In this document: in pieces, positions 17,501 to 25,627 of the stretch | Position numbering within the stretch: the stretch's first letter is position 1 | How the letters are laid out: every line of letters begins with the position of its first letter | DNA from: Candidatus Aminicenantes bacterium | GTDB lineage: Bacteria; Acidobacteriota; Aminicenantia; Aminicenantales; Saccharicenantaceae | NCBI GenBank assembly: GCA_034679465.1 | Contig: JAXDAV010000010.1 | Location: forward strand, 1,963 to 65,962 | Direction: 5' to 3' | Length of the DNA stretch: 64,000 nt | The notes under the pieces: generated by a model | The model's database searches: none | The model's input: only the letters and a program-made list of their open reading frames with translations | Told to the model about the DNA's origin: nothing | Position numbers and translations under genes: made by a program

Positions 17501-19177
17501 TCAAGGGTTCCGCTTGACGATGACCAGGGTCATGTCGTCGCCGGCCTCGGAGCAGCCGCTGAAGGCGAGGACGTCCTCGAAGATCCGGTCCATGATGGCC
17601 CGGGCCGGCAGGCCGCGGAGCTCCCGGACTTTGTCCCCCAGGCGCCCGTCGCCGTACTCCTCGCTCTCGCCCCTGCGGCTCTCGACGATCCCGTCGGTGT
17701 AGAAGCAGACGATGTCTCCGGGGCGGAGGGCGACGGTCCGCCGGCCGTAGGCCTGGTCCGGGAGCATCCCCAGGCAGAGCCCGGTGCTCTCGAGGGCCTG
17801 GACCCGGCCCTGGGCCCCGACCAGCAGGGGCGGATTGTGACCGGCGTTGACGAAGGTCGCCTCGTCCCTGCTCCGGTCGATGATGGCCAGGAAAAAGGAG
17901 ATGAAGAGGTGGCTGTCCGAGCTGACATGGACGAAGTCGTTGAGCTTGGCCGCGAGCTCGCCGAGATCGACGGCGCCCGGGAACCTCTCGTGCAGGGCCC
18001 CGCGCAGCGAGGCCATGAGCAGGGAGGCGCTGACCCCGACGCCCGAGACGTCGGCGACGACGACGGCCAGCCGGTCCTTGTCGATGGGGATATAATCGTA
18101 GTAGTCCCCGCCGACGCGCCGGCAGGCCCGGGCGCTGCCGCTGATCTCGTAGGGGGCGAAATCCGGTTCGGCGCGGGGCAGGAAGTTCTTCTGGATCTGC
18201 ACGGCCAGGGCCATCTCGCGCTCGTACTGGAGGGCCTTGATGGACTCGTCGATGAGCCGGGCGTTCTCGATCTTGACGGCGGCCAGGTTGGCCAGGAGCG
18301 TCAGCAGCCGCAGGTCGTCCTCGCCGAATTGCTCCAGGAGCGAGACCCGGTCGCAGTAGACGAGGCCGATGATGTCCTGGTTGTTCCAGAGCGGGACGCA
18401 CATGGCCGAGTGGATCTGGGCCTGGACGACGCTCGCCTGGCCCCGGAGCCCCTCCTCGGCCTGGATGTCGGAGATGAGGATGGCCGAGTTCCGTTCCAGG
18501 GCCTCGCGGACGATCGTCTGGCTGACGAAGATGCTCTGGGTCCGCAGGGCCGCGTTCTGGACGCGGACGACCTTGGGCTCGAGGGCCTGGGTGGACTCGT
18601 TCTTGAGCATCAGGACGCCCCGGTCCATGGGCAGGTTCTGGATGAGCACGTCCATGATGTGGTCGAGCAGCTTCTCCAGCGGCATGTGATAGATGAGGGC
18701 CTGGCTGACCGCCCCCATGACCGCCATGATCTTCTGGTCCTGCCTCAGCCGCTCCATGTCGACCCCGCCCGCGGGGGTCTTCAGGATGCCCGTGGCCGGG
18801 GGCTTCTTGAGGATGTCCTTGACCTGGATGATCGTGTTGGAGCTGTGGGTGAAGGTCGTCCCCTCGACGGTCTCGACGGAGGGCTGGAAGTCCTTGTCGA
18901 AATAGAACCGCGTCGAGCCGACGAGGACCTCGTCGCCGCGGGCCAGGTCGATCTCGCCGCTGACGCGGCGGCCGTTGGCGAAGGTGCCGTTCTTGCTGCC
19001 CTGGTCGACCAGGGCGTAGCCCCGGTCGGTCGGGACGATGATGGCATGACAGCCCGAGCTGAACTGGTCGGACAGGACGATGTCGTTGGTCGAGGCCCGG
19101 CCGATCCGGACCGGGTCGCGGCCGAGGGGATAGGTCGAGGGCTCGCCCGATTTCGGATAGATATACAGGATGGCCAT
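17501..19177 (-). CDS. FHA-GAF-PP2C (SpoIIE/RsbU-type) phosphatase
   Basis: 558 aa. N-terminal FHA (RIGRASTNDIVLSD..SSGCHAII..GSKNGTFANG). Central GAF-like region. C-terminal SpoIIE motifs GGDYYDY and VADVSGVGVSASLLMA. Confidence 0.85.
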   Translation of the reverse strand: MAILYIYPKSGEPSTYPLGRDPVRIGRASTNDIVLSDQFSSGCHAIIVPTDRGYALVDQGSKNGTFANGRRVSGEIDLARGDEVLVGSTRFYFDKDFQPSVETVEGTTFTHSSNTIIQVKDILKKPPATGILKTPAGGVDMERLRQDQKIMAVMGAVSQALIYHMPLEKLLDHIMDVLIQNLPMDRGVLMLKNESTQALEPKVVRVQNAALRTQSIFVSQTIVREALERNSAILISDIQAEEGLRGQASVVQAQIHSAMCVPLWNNQDIIGLVYCDRVSLLEQFGEDDLRLLTLLANLAAVKIENARLIDESIKALQYEREMALAVQIQKNFLPRAEPDFAPYEISGSARACRRVGGDYYDYIPIDKDRLAVVVADVSGVGVSASLLMASLRGALHERFPGAVDLGELAAKLNDFVHVSSDSHLFISFFLAIIDRSRDEATFVNAGHNPPLLVGAQGRVQALESTGLCLGMLPDQAYGRRTVALRPGDIVCFYTDGIVESRRGESEEYGDGRLGDKVRELRGLPARAIMDRIFEDVLAFSGCSEAGDDMTLVIVKRNP

Positions 19178-19215
19178 GGGCGATTCCTCTGCCTCATTCT
19201 AAAGGAGTTGAAGGG

Positions 19216-21765
19216 TCATTTCAACCTCAGGGCCCGCTTCAGCCGGAGGACCCGTTCGCCGTCCGGCAGGTCCTCGATGAGGGGGAAGAGAAGCTCCTTG
19301 TCCTCCCTGTCGAGGAGGTTGTCGAGGTGCTCGAGGGCGTAGTCGACCGACTTGGGCGTCCCCTGGAGGATGTGCTGGTAATCGTTGATGATGTCCTCCC
19401 GGGGATAGAGGAGCGTCAGCAGGTCGAAGACGCGGCGGAGCCGGATGATGAGCGCCGCCCGGGCCTCGTCCGGCGGGCCGGGCGGGCCGAGGACGGCGTC
19501 GCAGGCCTTCCGGATCAGGAAGCGGAGCTCGGGCCGGAGGTCGCGCTCGCGGAACCGGACCCGGGCGCGCTCCGCCCGGATCTTGTAGAGCGCGTCGATG
19601 AGGGCCTGCTCCATGTCCTCGCGCCGGCGGGCCAGCTCGGCGACCAGGATGTCGGCGGCCTTCTGAGACCCGATCCGGGCCAGGACCTCCGGGACGGCCC
19701 GGCGCACCTCCAGGGGCTCGTCCGCCGAGCGGAGCAGCGGGGCGAGGCGGCCCACGATCTCGGGGCCGTAGGCCGCCAGGGCCGTTTGGGCCTCGACGAT
19801 CGTCATGGGGTTGGCCAGGTGCCGCAGGATGATCGGCACGTGCTCGGGCCGCCGGTGGACGGAGGCGCCGTTCAGGGCGTACAGGACGACCTCGACCGAG
19901 GCGTCCTGGAGGAGCCGGGCCAGGGCGTCCATCGTCGGGGGACTCGGGGCCATCCGGCAGATGCTGTTGGCGGCCTCGATCCGCTCGACCTCGGAGGGCG
20001 AGTCGATGATCCGGCCGAGGCTCTCGTCCATGATCTTCTGGTAGGCGGGCAGGAGATAGATGAGGTCGATCTCCTTCTGGAACTCGGCGTCGGTGATGGT
20101 CTCCTCGAGGCCCGGATAGAGGCCGCCCGCGGCGCCGACGTCGAACAGGGCGTCCATGGCCCGGGCCTTGAGCTCGTTGCGCTTGATCCCCAACAGCTCC
20201 TGGAGCTCGGGGGTCAGGTTCTTCGACCGGACCAGGTTGAAGAGGTTCATGTAGTAGAGGGTCGTGCTTCGCTCGCGGCTCTGGACGGCGTCGAAGACCT
20301 CGCGGACGAGCTTCTCGTCGAGGTGGGCGTCGATGACGGTCCGGCCCTCCTGCCAGATCCGGCCGAGGTCCTTCTTCAGGACGGCCGGGTATTCCCGATA
20401 GACCGACCGGGTCAGGACCAGCCAGAGGGCGAGAAAGGCGAGGACGACGAGACCCGTCTCGCGGACGACGGACAGCGGATCGAGCCGGTACTCGAACACC
20501 CTCCAGGCGTTGAGGACGAGCCAGAGGACCGCGGCCGTTCCGGTCGCGATCTTGTTGACGAGGACGTCGATGAACACCTTGGCCCGGTACTTGACGGACG
20601 CGGAGACGGGGATGTAGAGGAGCTCGCGCACGGACTGGCCGAGGGTGTTGTCGAACATCTTGTCCCCGCCGCGGGCGACCCAGGCCCAGGCCAGCAGGAG
20701 GCCGAGGGGAATGACGAACACGGTCGCCGAGACGGCCAGGAGAAAGGCCGGGGCGACGGCCATGGCCCAGCGGATGCCGTAGGACTTGAGGACGCGGCCG
20801 GTCGTGAGCAGGTGGAAGGCCGCGGAAACGGCCAGGATCACCAGGAAGAAGAGGGCGATGAACGAGGTCCGGGCCTGGCCGCTCGTGAAAAGGCTCATGA
20901 CGACCCACTTGAACTGGTAGTTGATGAGCGAGCCGGCGATGATGGCCGAGGCCACCATTGCCGCGAGCCGGCGCAGATAGCGGTCGTTCCGGACGGCCCG
21001 GAAGCTCTCCCAGGCGCCGACCTTGGCGGGCACGGCCAGGCGCTCGTCGCCGGCGACGGCGTCGGTCCGCCGCTTCTCGGCGTAGACGGCGTTGACCGCG
21101 GCGATGGCCAGGGCGAGCAGGAACGGACAGACGAGGAGGAGGTCCTCCGGCGGGATGAGCCGGGCGACGGTCATGAGGGCGGCCGCGGCCGCGCCGGCGA
21201 TGCCGCCGAAGAGCCCGCCGGTGACGAAGAGGCCGACCAGCCGCTTGGCCTCATGGGGGTCGAAGGCGTCGTTGACCGCGATCCAGAACTGGGTCACGGA
21301 CATGGCGATGAAGATGTCGGCCCAGAAGCAGAAGGCGATGACGAAGACCGGGAAATGGTCCCAGATCATCATGCGGGCCCAGAGCAGGAAGAAGACCCCC
21401 GAGGAGTCGGCGACCGGGGTTGAGTACAGGGACTTCTGGTGGACGTCGAAGATGAACCAGAAGACGAGGAGGCCGGAGATGAAGAACAGGAGCGAGGCCG
21501 TGAGGTAGGTCCGGCGGGGCAGGCGGTCGAGGAGGCGGGCGTTGACGGCCACGACGAGGCCGATGAGCAGGGCCGTGGCCAGGTCGGCGAAGGGCCACCA
21601 GCCGGGCCTGGCGCCGATCAGGAAGCTCTCTTTGACCGGCTTGACGATGTAGAAGGTGGCGGTGATCAGGAAGAAGAGCGCCGACAGGGCCAGGGCGGCC
21701 CGGGCCTCATGGCCGCGGACGTCGCCCAGGCGCTTCAGGATCCGTTCGAGCCGGCCGTCGGCCAA
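19216..21765 (-). CDS. TLC-like carrier fused to a C-terminal HEAT/ARM-like helical repeat domain
   Basis: 849 aa. The N-terminal FFLITATFYIVKPVKESFLIG helix motif resembles that of 13800..15257 and is followed by a polytopic membrane region. The last ~350 aa are soluble and alpha-helical with a repeat character (LARLLQDASVEVVLYALN.., ILRHLANP.., VPEVLARIGSQKAADILV..). Confidence 0.65.
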   Translation of the reverse strand: MADGRLERILKRLGDVRGHEARAALALSALFFLITATFYIVKPVKESFLIGARPGWWPFADLATALLIGLVVAVNARLLDRLPRRTYLTASLLFFISGLLVFWFIFDVHQKSLYSTPVADSSGVFFLLWARMMIWDHFPVFVIAFCFWADIFIAMSVTQFWIAVNDAFDPHEAKRLVGLFVTGGLFGGIAGAAAAALMTVARLIPPEDLLLVCPFLLALAIAAVNAVYAEKRRTDAVAGDERLAVPAKVGAWESFRAVRNDRYLRRLAAMVASAIIAGSLINYQFKWVVMSLFTSGQARTSFIALFFLVILAVSAAFHLLTTGRVLKSYGIRWAMAVAPAFLLAVSATVFVIPLGLLLAWAWVARGGDKMFDNTLGQSVRELLYIPVSASVKYRAKVFIDVLVNKIATGTAAVLWLVLNAWRVFEYRLDPLSVVRETGLVVLAFLALWLVLTRSVYREYPAVLKKDLGRIWQEGRTVIDAHLDEKLVREVFDAVQSRERSTTLYYMNLFNLVRSKNLTPELQELLGIKRNELKARAMDALFDVGAAGGLYPGLEETITDAEFQKEIDLIYLLPAYQKIMDESLGRIIDSPSEVERIEAANSICRMAPSPPTMDALARLLQDASVEVVLYALNGASVHRRPEHVPIILRHLANPMTIVEAQTALAAYGPEIVGRLAPLLRSADEPLEVRRAVPEVLARIGSQKAADILVAELARRREDMEQALIDALYKIRAERARVRFRERDLRPELRFLIRKACDAVLGPPGPPDEARAALIIRLRRVFDLLTLLYPREDIINDYQHILQGTPKSVDYALEHLDNLLDREDKELLFPLIEDLPDGERVLRLKRALRLK

Positions 21766-21793
21766 TCGACCCCCTCGTCAGGCCCGGGCGAGC

Positions 21794-22141
21794 TCAAGCC
21801 CTGCCGAAGCTCTCCAGGGCCCGGTCGCAGTCCTCATGGATGTCGAGGACCTTGTCCAGCATCGTGATCTTGAAGATGAGAAGGAGCTTGTCGGAGATCC
21901 GGCAGAGCTTGAGCTTGCCGCCAAGGTGCTGGGTCGAGATGTAGGAGGCCAGGATCTGGCCCACGCCGAAGCTGTCGATGAACTCCACGCCGCCGAGGTC
22001 GAGCAGCAGGTTCCTCCGCCCCCGGTCGAGCTGGGCCTCGACGAGGCTGTGGAGGGTCTCCTGGATGGTGTCGGCGCGGCGGATTTCGCCTTGGATGTCG
22101 AAGATGACGATGTTGCCCAGCTCGCGCGTCTTGATGACCAT
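21794..22141 (-). CDS. STAS-domain anti-sigma-factor antagonist (RsbV/SpoIIAA-like)
   Basis: ATG at 22141 (MVIKTRELGNIVIFDIQGEI..). LLLDLGGVEFIDSFGVGQIL contains the conserved phosphorylatable DSxG Ser context. Confidence 0.8.
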   Translation of the reverse strand: MVIKTRELGNIVIFDIQGEIRRADTIQETLHSLVEAQLDRGRRNLLLDLGGVEFIDSFGVGQILASYISTQHLGGKLKLCRISDKLLLIFKITMLDKVLDIHEDCDRALESFGRA

Positions 22142-22252
22142 GGTGTCGGCTATGTGTTTATCAGAAGGGCCGGCCAAAGTCAATTGAAGGGGTCAAACCC
22201 ACTTGACGCGAAGGACCCTCCTGGGAGAAAAGATTACTGGAAAGGAGCCGCC

Positions 22253-22444
22253 ATGCCTCTCGTCGAGATCCACCTGCTCGAAGGCCGCACGGACGAACAG
22301 AAAAAGGCCCTGCTCGCGGCGGTCACGGCCGCCGTGCGCGACTCGATCGACGCCCCGCTCGAATCGATCCGCGTCTGGGTCCAGGAGTTCAGCCCGCGGG
22401 AATACATGATCGCCGGCGTTCTCGCGGCCGATCGGAAGAAATAG
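22253..22444 (+). CDS. 4-oxalocrotonate tautomerase family enzyme
   Basis: 63 aa starting MPLVEIHLLEGRTDEQKKALL (catalytic Pro1 after Met removal). AGGAG precedes the ATG. Confidence 0.85.
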   Translation: MPLVEIHLLEGRTDEQKKALLAAVTAAVRDSIDAPLESIRVWVQEFSPREYMIAGVLAADRKK

Positions 22445-22484
22445 CCGGACGTCCGGCGGGACGGAAGCCGGGAGAAGTCCCGGG

Positions 22485-23978
22485 CTAGGCGGACCTTCGG
22501 GCGAAGCGCTTGCGGACGAGATAGACCGGGATCCCCAGGAGCACGATGAGCAGCCCGGGGAAGGTGTACTTCGTCTTGAAGATCAGCAGGTCGACGGCGA
22601 TCGCCGCGGCGCAGAGGATGTAGAGGGCGGGCACGACGGGATAGCCCCAGGCCTTGTACGGCCGCTCCCAATCGGGCCGCTTCTTCCGCAGGATGAAGAT
22701 CCCGGAGACGACCAGCACGAAGAAGATGAGGACGGCGAAGACGACGTAGTCCAGCAGGTCGCTGTAGGTCCCCGACAGGCAGAGGAGCGAGGCCCAGAGG
22801 CCCTGGACGACGAGGGCCGTGCCCGGGACCGACTTCCGGTTGAGCTTGCCGGTGGCGTCGAAGAACAGGCCGTCCTTGGCCATGGCGTAGTAGACCCGGG
22901 CCCCGGACAGGATCAGGCCGTTGTTGCAGCCGAAGGTCGCGATCATGATCAGGACGGCCATGATGACGGCCGCGGCCGGGCCGAAGATCATCCCGGCGGC
23001 GGCGGTGCCGACCCGGTCGAACTGGGCGAACTGGATGCCCCGGCCGACGACGTCGGCCGCTTCGGGACTGCCCTGGACGGGCAGGATGAGGATGTAGGCG
23101 AGATTGGCCAGGAAATAGAGGAAGATGACGGTCCCGGCCCCGAGGACGAGGCTCAGGGGGATGTTCTTCCGGGGGTTCTTGACCTCCCCGGCGATGTAGG
23201 TCACGCTGTACCACTCATCCGAGGCAAAGAGCGACCCGACCATGGCCGCGCCGATGGCCGCCAGGACCATCAGGCCGGACAGCGGCTCGACCGAGACGAT
23301 CTGGCCGCCGGCCATGTGGGTCCAGCTGGCCTTCCAGAAGACGGCCCAGTTGGCCTTGATGGCCGCCGCGTTGGCCCCGAAGACGAACCCGAGCAGGATG
23401 AGGCCGCCGAGGGCGACCGTCTTGGTCACGGTGAAGATCCCCTGGATCGTCTTGCCGGTCCGGACGCCGCGCGTGTTGAGCCAGGTCAGGACGACGATGC
23501 TGGCGATGGCCAGCAGCTGGGCGGCCGAGATCTTCAGGCCGAAGACCGTGGCCAGGATGTGCCGCTCGCTGAACCAGGGGACGATGAGGCCGGTGAACTT
23601 GGCGAAGGCGACGGCGACCGCGGCGATCGTCCCGGTCATGATGACCATGAAGGTCGTCCAGCCGTAGAGAAAGCCGATGAGCGGGCTGTAGGCCTCGCGG
23701 AGATAGACGTAGAGCCCGCCGGCGTGGGGCATCATGCCGGCCAGCTCGCCGTAGCTCAGGGCGCCGATGACCGTGAGGACGCCGGTGATGAGCCAGACGA
23801 GGAGCAGGAGCCCGGGCGAGCCGACCGTGCGGGCGATGTCGGCGCTGACGATGAAGATGCCCGACCCGATCATGGCCCCCATGACGATCATCATGGCGTC
23901 AAAGAGCGACATCTCGCGCTTGAAGCCGGCGGATTCCGGGGCGGAAACGGGGGCGGGGGCGGGGGCTCGATCGCTCAT
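22485..23978 (-). CDS. APC-superfamily amino acid permease
   Basis: ATG 23978 overlaps the upstream stop (ATGA). N-terminal [23 protein letters not shown]. 12-TM-type hydrophobic profile. The remainder of the 992-aa track ORF is an out-of-frame extension over the neighbouring gene. Confidence 0.85.
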   Translation of the reverse strand: MSDRAPAPAPVSAPESAGFKREMSLFDAMMIVMGAMIGSGIFIVSADIARTVGSPGLLLLVWLITGVLTVIGALSYGELAGMMPHAGGLYVYLREAYSPLIGFLYGWTTFMVIMTGTIAAVAVAFAKFTGLIVPWFSERHILATVFGLKISAAQLLAIASIVVLTWLNTRGVRTGKTIQGIFTVTKTVALGGLILLGFVFGANAAAIKANWAVFWKASWTHMAGGQIVSVEPLSGLMVLAAIGAAMVGSLFASDEWYSVTYIAGEVKNPRKNIPLSLVLGAGTVIFLYFLANLAYILILPVQGSPEAADVVGRGIQFAQFDRVGTAAAGMIFGPAAAVIMAVLIMIATFGCNNGLILSGARVYYAMAKDGLFFDATGKLNRKSVPGTALVVQGLWASLLCLSGTYSDLLDYVVFAVLIFFVLVVSGIFILRKKRPDWERPYKAWGYPVVPALYILCAAAIAVDLLIFKTKYTFPGLLIVLLGIPVYLVRKRFARRSA

Positions 23979-25426
23979 GTCTTCCTCCTCAGCTTGCTCT
24001 TCCGGATGCCGTAGGCGAAGTAGATGACCAGGCCGAGCGCCATCCAGATGATCAGGCGCAGCCAGGTGTCCCAGGGCAGGCCTGACATCAGGTAGAGGCA
24101 GGACAGGATGCCCAGGACCGGGACGAACGGGACGAGGGGGGTCTTGAACGGCCGGGGGATGTCGGGACGGGTGTAGCGGAGGACCAGGACGCCGCCGCAG
24201 ACGATGACGAAGGCGAAGAGCGTCCCGATGCTGACCAGCTCGCCGACGATGCCCATGGGCAGGAGCGCGGCGGCGACGCCGACGACGAGGCCGGTGGCGA
24301 TCGTCGTGACGTGGGGCGTCCCGTGCTTGGGGTGGACCTTGGCCGCCGCGGCCGGCAGGAGACCGTCCTTGGCCATGGTGTAGAAGATCCGCGGCTGGCC
24401 CATCAGCTGGACCATCATGACCGACATCAGGCCGACGATGGCCGCGATCTTGACCAGCGGGGAGAGCCAGAAGAGCCGCATGGCGTCGATGGCCACGGCC
24501 ACGGGGGCCGGGACGTTGAGCTCGGTGTAGTGGACGACGCCGGTCAGGACGAGGGAGAAGGCGATGTAGATGGCCGTGCAGGCGAAGAGGGAGCCGAGGA
24601 TGCCGATGGGCATGTCCCGCTTCGGGTTCTTGGCCTCCTGGGCGGCCGTCGAAACGGCGTCGAAGCCGAGGTAGGCGAAGAACATCACCCCGGCGCCGCG
24701 CAGGATGCCGCTCAGGCCGAAGAAGCCGAACTGGCCCTGGTTCGGGGGGATGAACGGCTTCCACAGGTCGGGCTTGATGAAGAAGACCCCGGCCGCGATG
24801 AAGACGAGGATGATGCTGATCTTCAGGAAGACGATGATCGAGTTGACCGTCGCCGATTCGCGGATGCCGCGGACGAGGATGTAGGTGATGAGGGCGATGA
24901 CGAGGGCGGCCGGCAGGTTGATGACGGCGCCCGTCTTCGTCCAGACGCCGCTCTGGGGATCGAACGAATAGGGCGCGCCGGCCAGGGCCGCGGGGAAGCG
25001 AACGCCGATGCCGTTGAGGAAGCTGACGACGTAGCCCGACCAGCCGATGGCCACCGTCGTCGCGCCCAGGGAGTATTCGAGGATGAGGTCCCAGCCGATG
25101 ATCCAGGCGAAGATCTCGCCCAGGGTCGAGTAGGCGTAGGTGTAGGCGCTGCCGGCGATGGGGATGAGCGAGGCGAACTCGGCGTAGCACAGGCCGGCGA
25201 AGGCGCAGGTCAGGCCGGCCAGCATGAACGACAGGGTCACGGCCGGGCCGGCGTACTGGGCGGCGGCGTGGCCGGTGATGACGAAGATGCCGGCGCCGAC
25301 GATGGCCCCGACGCCGAGGAAGATGAGGTGCCAGGGGCCGAGGACCCGCTTGAGGCCGGAGGATTCCGACGAGGCCTCTTGCGACAGCTGCTCGAGGCTT
25401 TTCACGGCGAACAGGACGCTCTTCAT
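23975..25426 (-). CDS. APC-superfamily (cationic amino acid transporter-like) permease
   Basis: 483 aa. [12 protein letters not shown] and [20 protein letters not shown] motifs. Confidence 0.85.
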   Translation of the reverse strand: MKSVLFAVKSLEQLSQEASSESSGLKRVLGPWHLIFLGVGAIVGAGIFVITGHAAAQYAGPAVTLSFMLAGLTCAFAGLCYAEFASLIPIAGSAYTYAYSTLGEIFAWIIGWDLILEYSLGATTVAIGWSGYVVSFLNGIGVRFPAALAGAPYSFDPQSGVWTKTGAVINLPAALVIALITYILVRGIRESATVNSIIVFLKISIILVFIAAGVFFIKPDLWKPFIPPNQGQFGFFGLSGILRGAGVMFFAYLGFDAVSTAAQEAKNPKRDMPIGILGSLFACTAIYIAFSLVLTGVVHYTELNVPAPVAVAIDAMRLFWLSPLVKIAAIVGLMSVMMVQLMGQPRIFYTMAKDGLLPAAAAKVHPKHGTPHVTTIATGLVVGVAAALLPMGIVGELVSIGTLFAFVIVCGGVLVLRYTRPDIPRPFKTPLVPFVPVLGILSCLYLMSGLPWDTWLRLIIWMALGLVIYFAYGIRKSKLRRKT

Positions 25427-25434
25427 GGACGCGA

Positions 25435-25463
25435 TTTATAACACAGCAAAAAGAGGGGGTCAA
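25435..25463 (-). promoter_or_regulatory. sigma70-like promoter of the permease operon; the -35 box is supplied by a solo repeat-A terminus
   Basis: On the minus strand: TTGACC (25458-25463), 17-nt spacer, TATAAA (25435-25440), only 8 nt before ATG 25426. This implies a near-leaderless transcript. Confidence 0.35.
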
Positions 25464-25466
25464 ACC
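25448..25466. repeat. solo terminus of repeat family A
   Basis: AAAAAGAGGGGGTCAAACC matches the left end of A2 (AAAAAGACGGGGTCAAACC) at 18 of 19 positions and is followed by an AT-rich stretch, as in A1 and A2. Confidence 0.55.
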
Positions 25467-25498
25467 TTAATTCTTATAATTTTTTCCGCAGCCAATAG

Positions 25499-25626
25499 AA
25501 GAAGGGACCGGGTCTTCGCAAGCCTTCTCGAGGCGATCGTCCCCGGAAGGCATGTCCTTCTCGAGATGTGGGGACAGACCTGAAACTCGTATCGCCTCCG
25601 GCATTGCGAAGACCCGGTCCCTTCTT
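25499..25626. repeat. repeat family B copy 1: 23-bp perfect inverted repeats around an 82-bp core
   Basis: AAGAAGGGACCGGGTCTTCGCAA (25499-25521) is the exact reverse complement of 25604-25626. The core has its own sub-palindromes (GAGGCGAT/ATCGCCTC; CCTTCTCGAG twice). Confidence 0.75.
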
Positions 25627-25627
25627 T

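Noticed and set aside
17321-21423. Plus-strand ORFs 17321..19342 (673 aa) and 19327..21423 (698 aa)
   Set aside because: They are antisense to the FHA-GAF-PP2C and TLC-HEAT genes, which have clear domain motifs. Their composition is Asp/Gly/Arg/Glu/Pro-rich and repetitive.
22444-22485. Bidirectional terminator between the tautomerase and permease genes
   Set aside because: There are palindromes (CCGGACGTCCGG and an imperfect GCCGGGAGAAGTCCCGGGC), but the stems are short and no T-run follows on either strand.
23979-25463. Upper half of the 992-aa ORF 22485..25463
   Set aside because: It is out of frame over the second APC permease gene. The genuine permease starts at ATG 23978, which overlaps the upstream stop codon.
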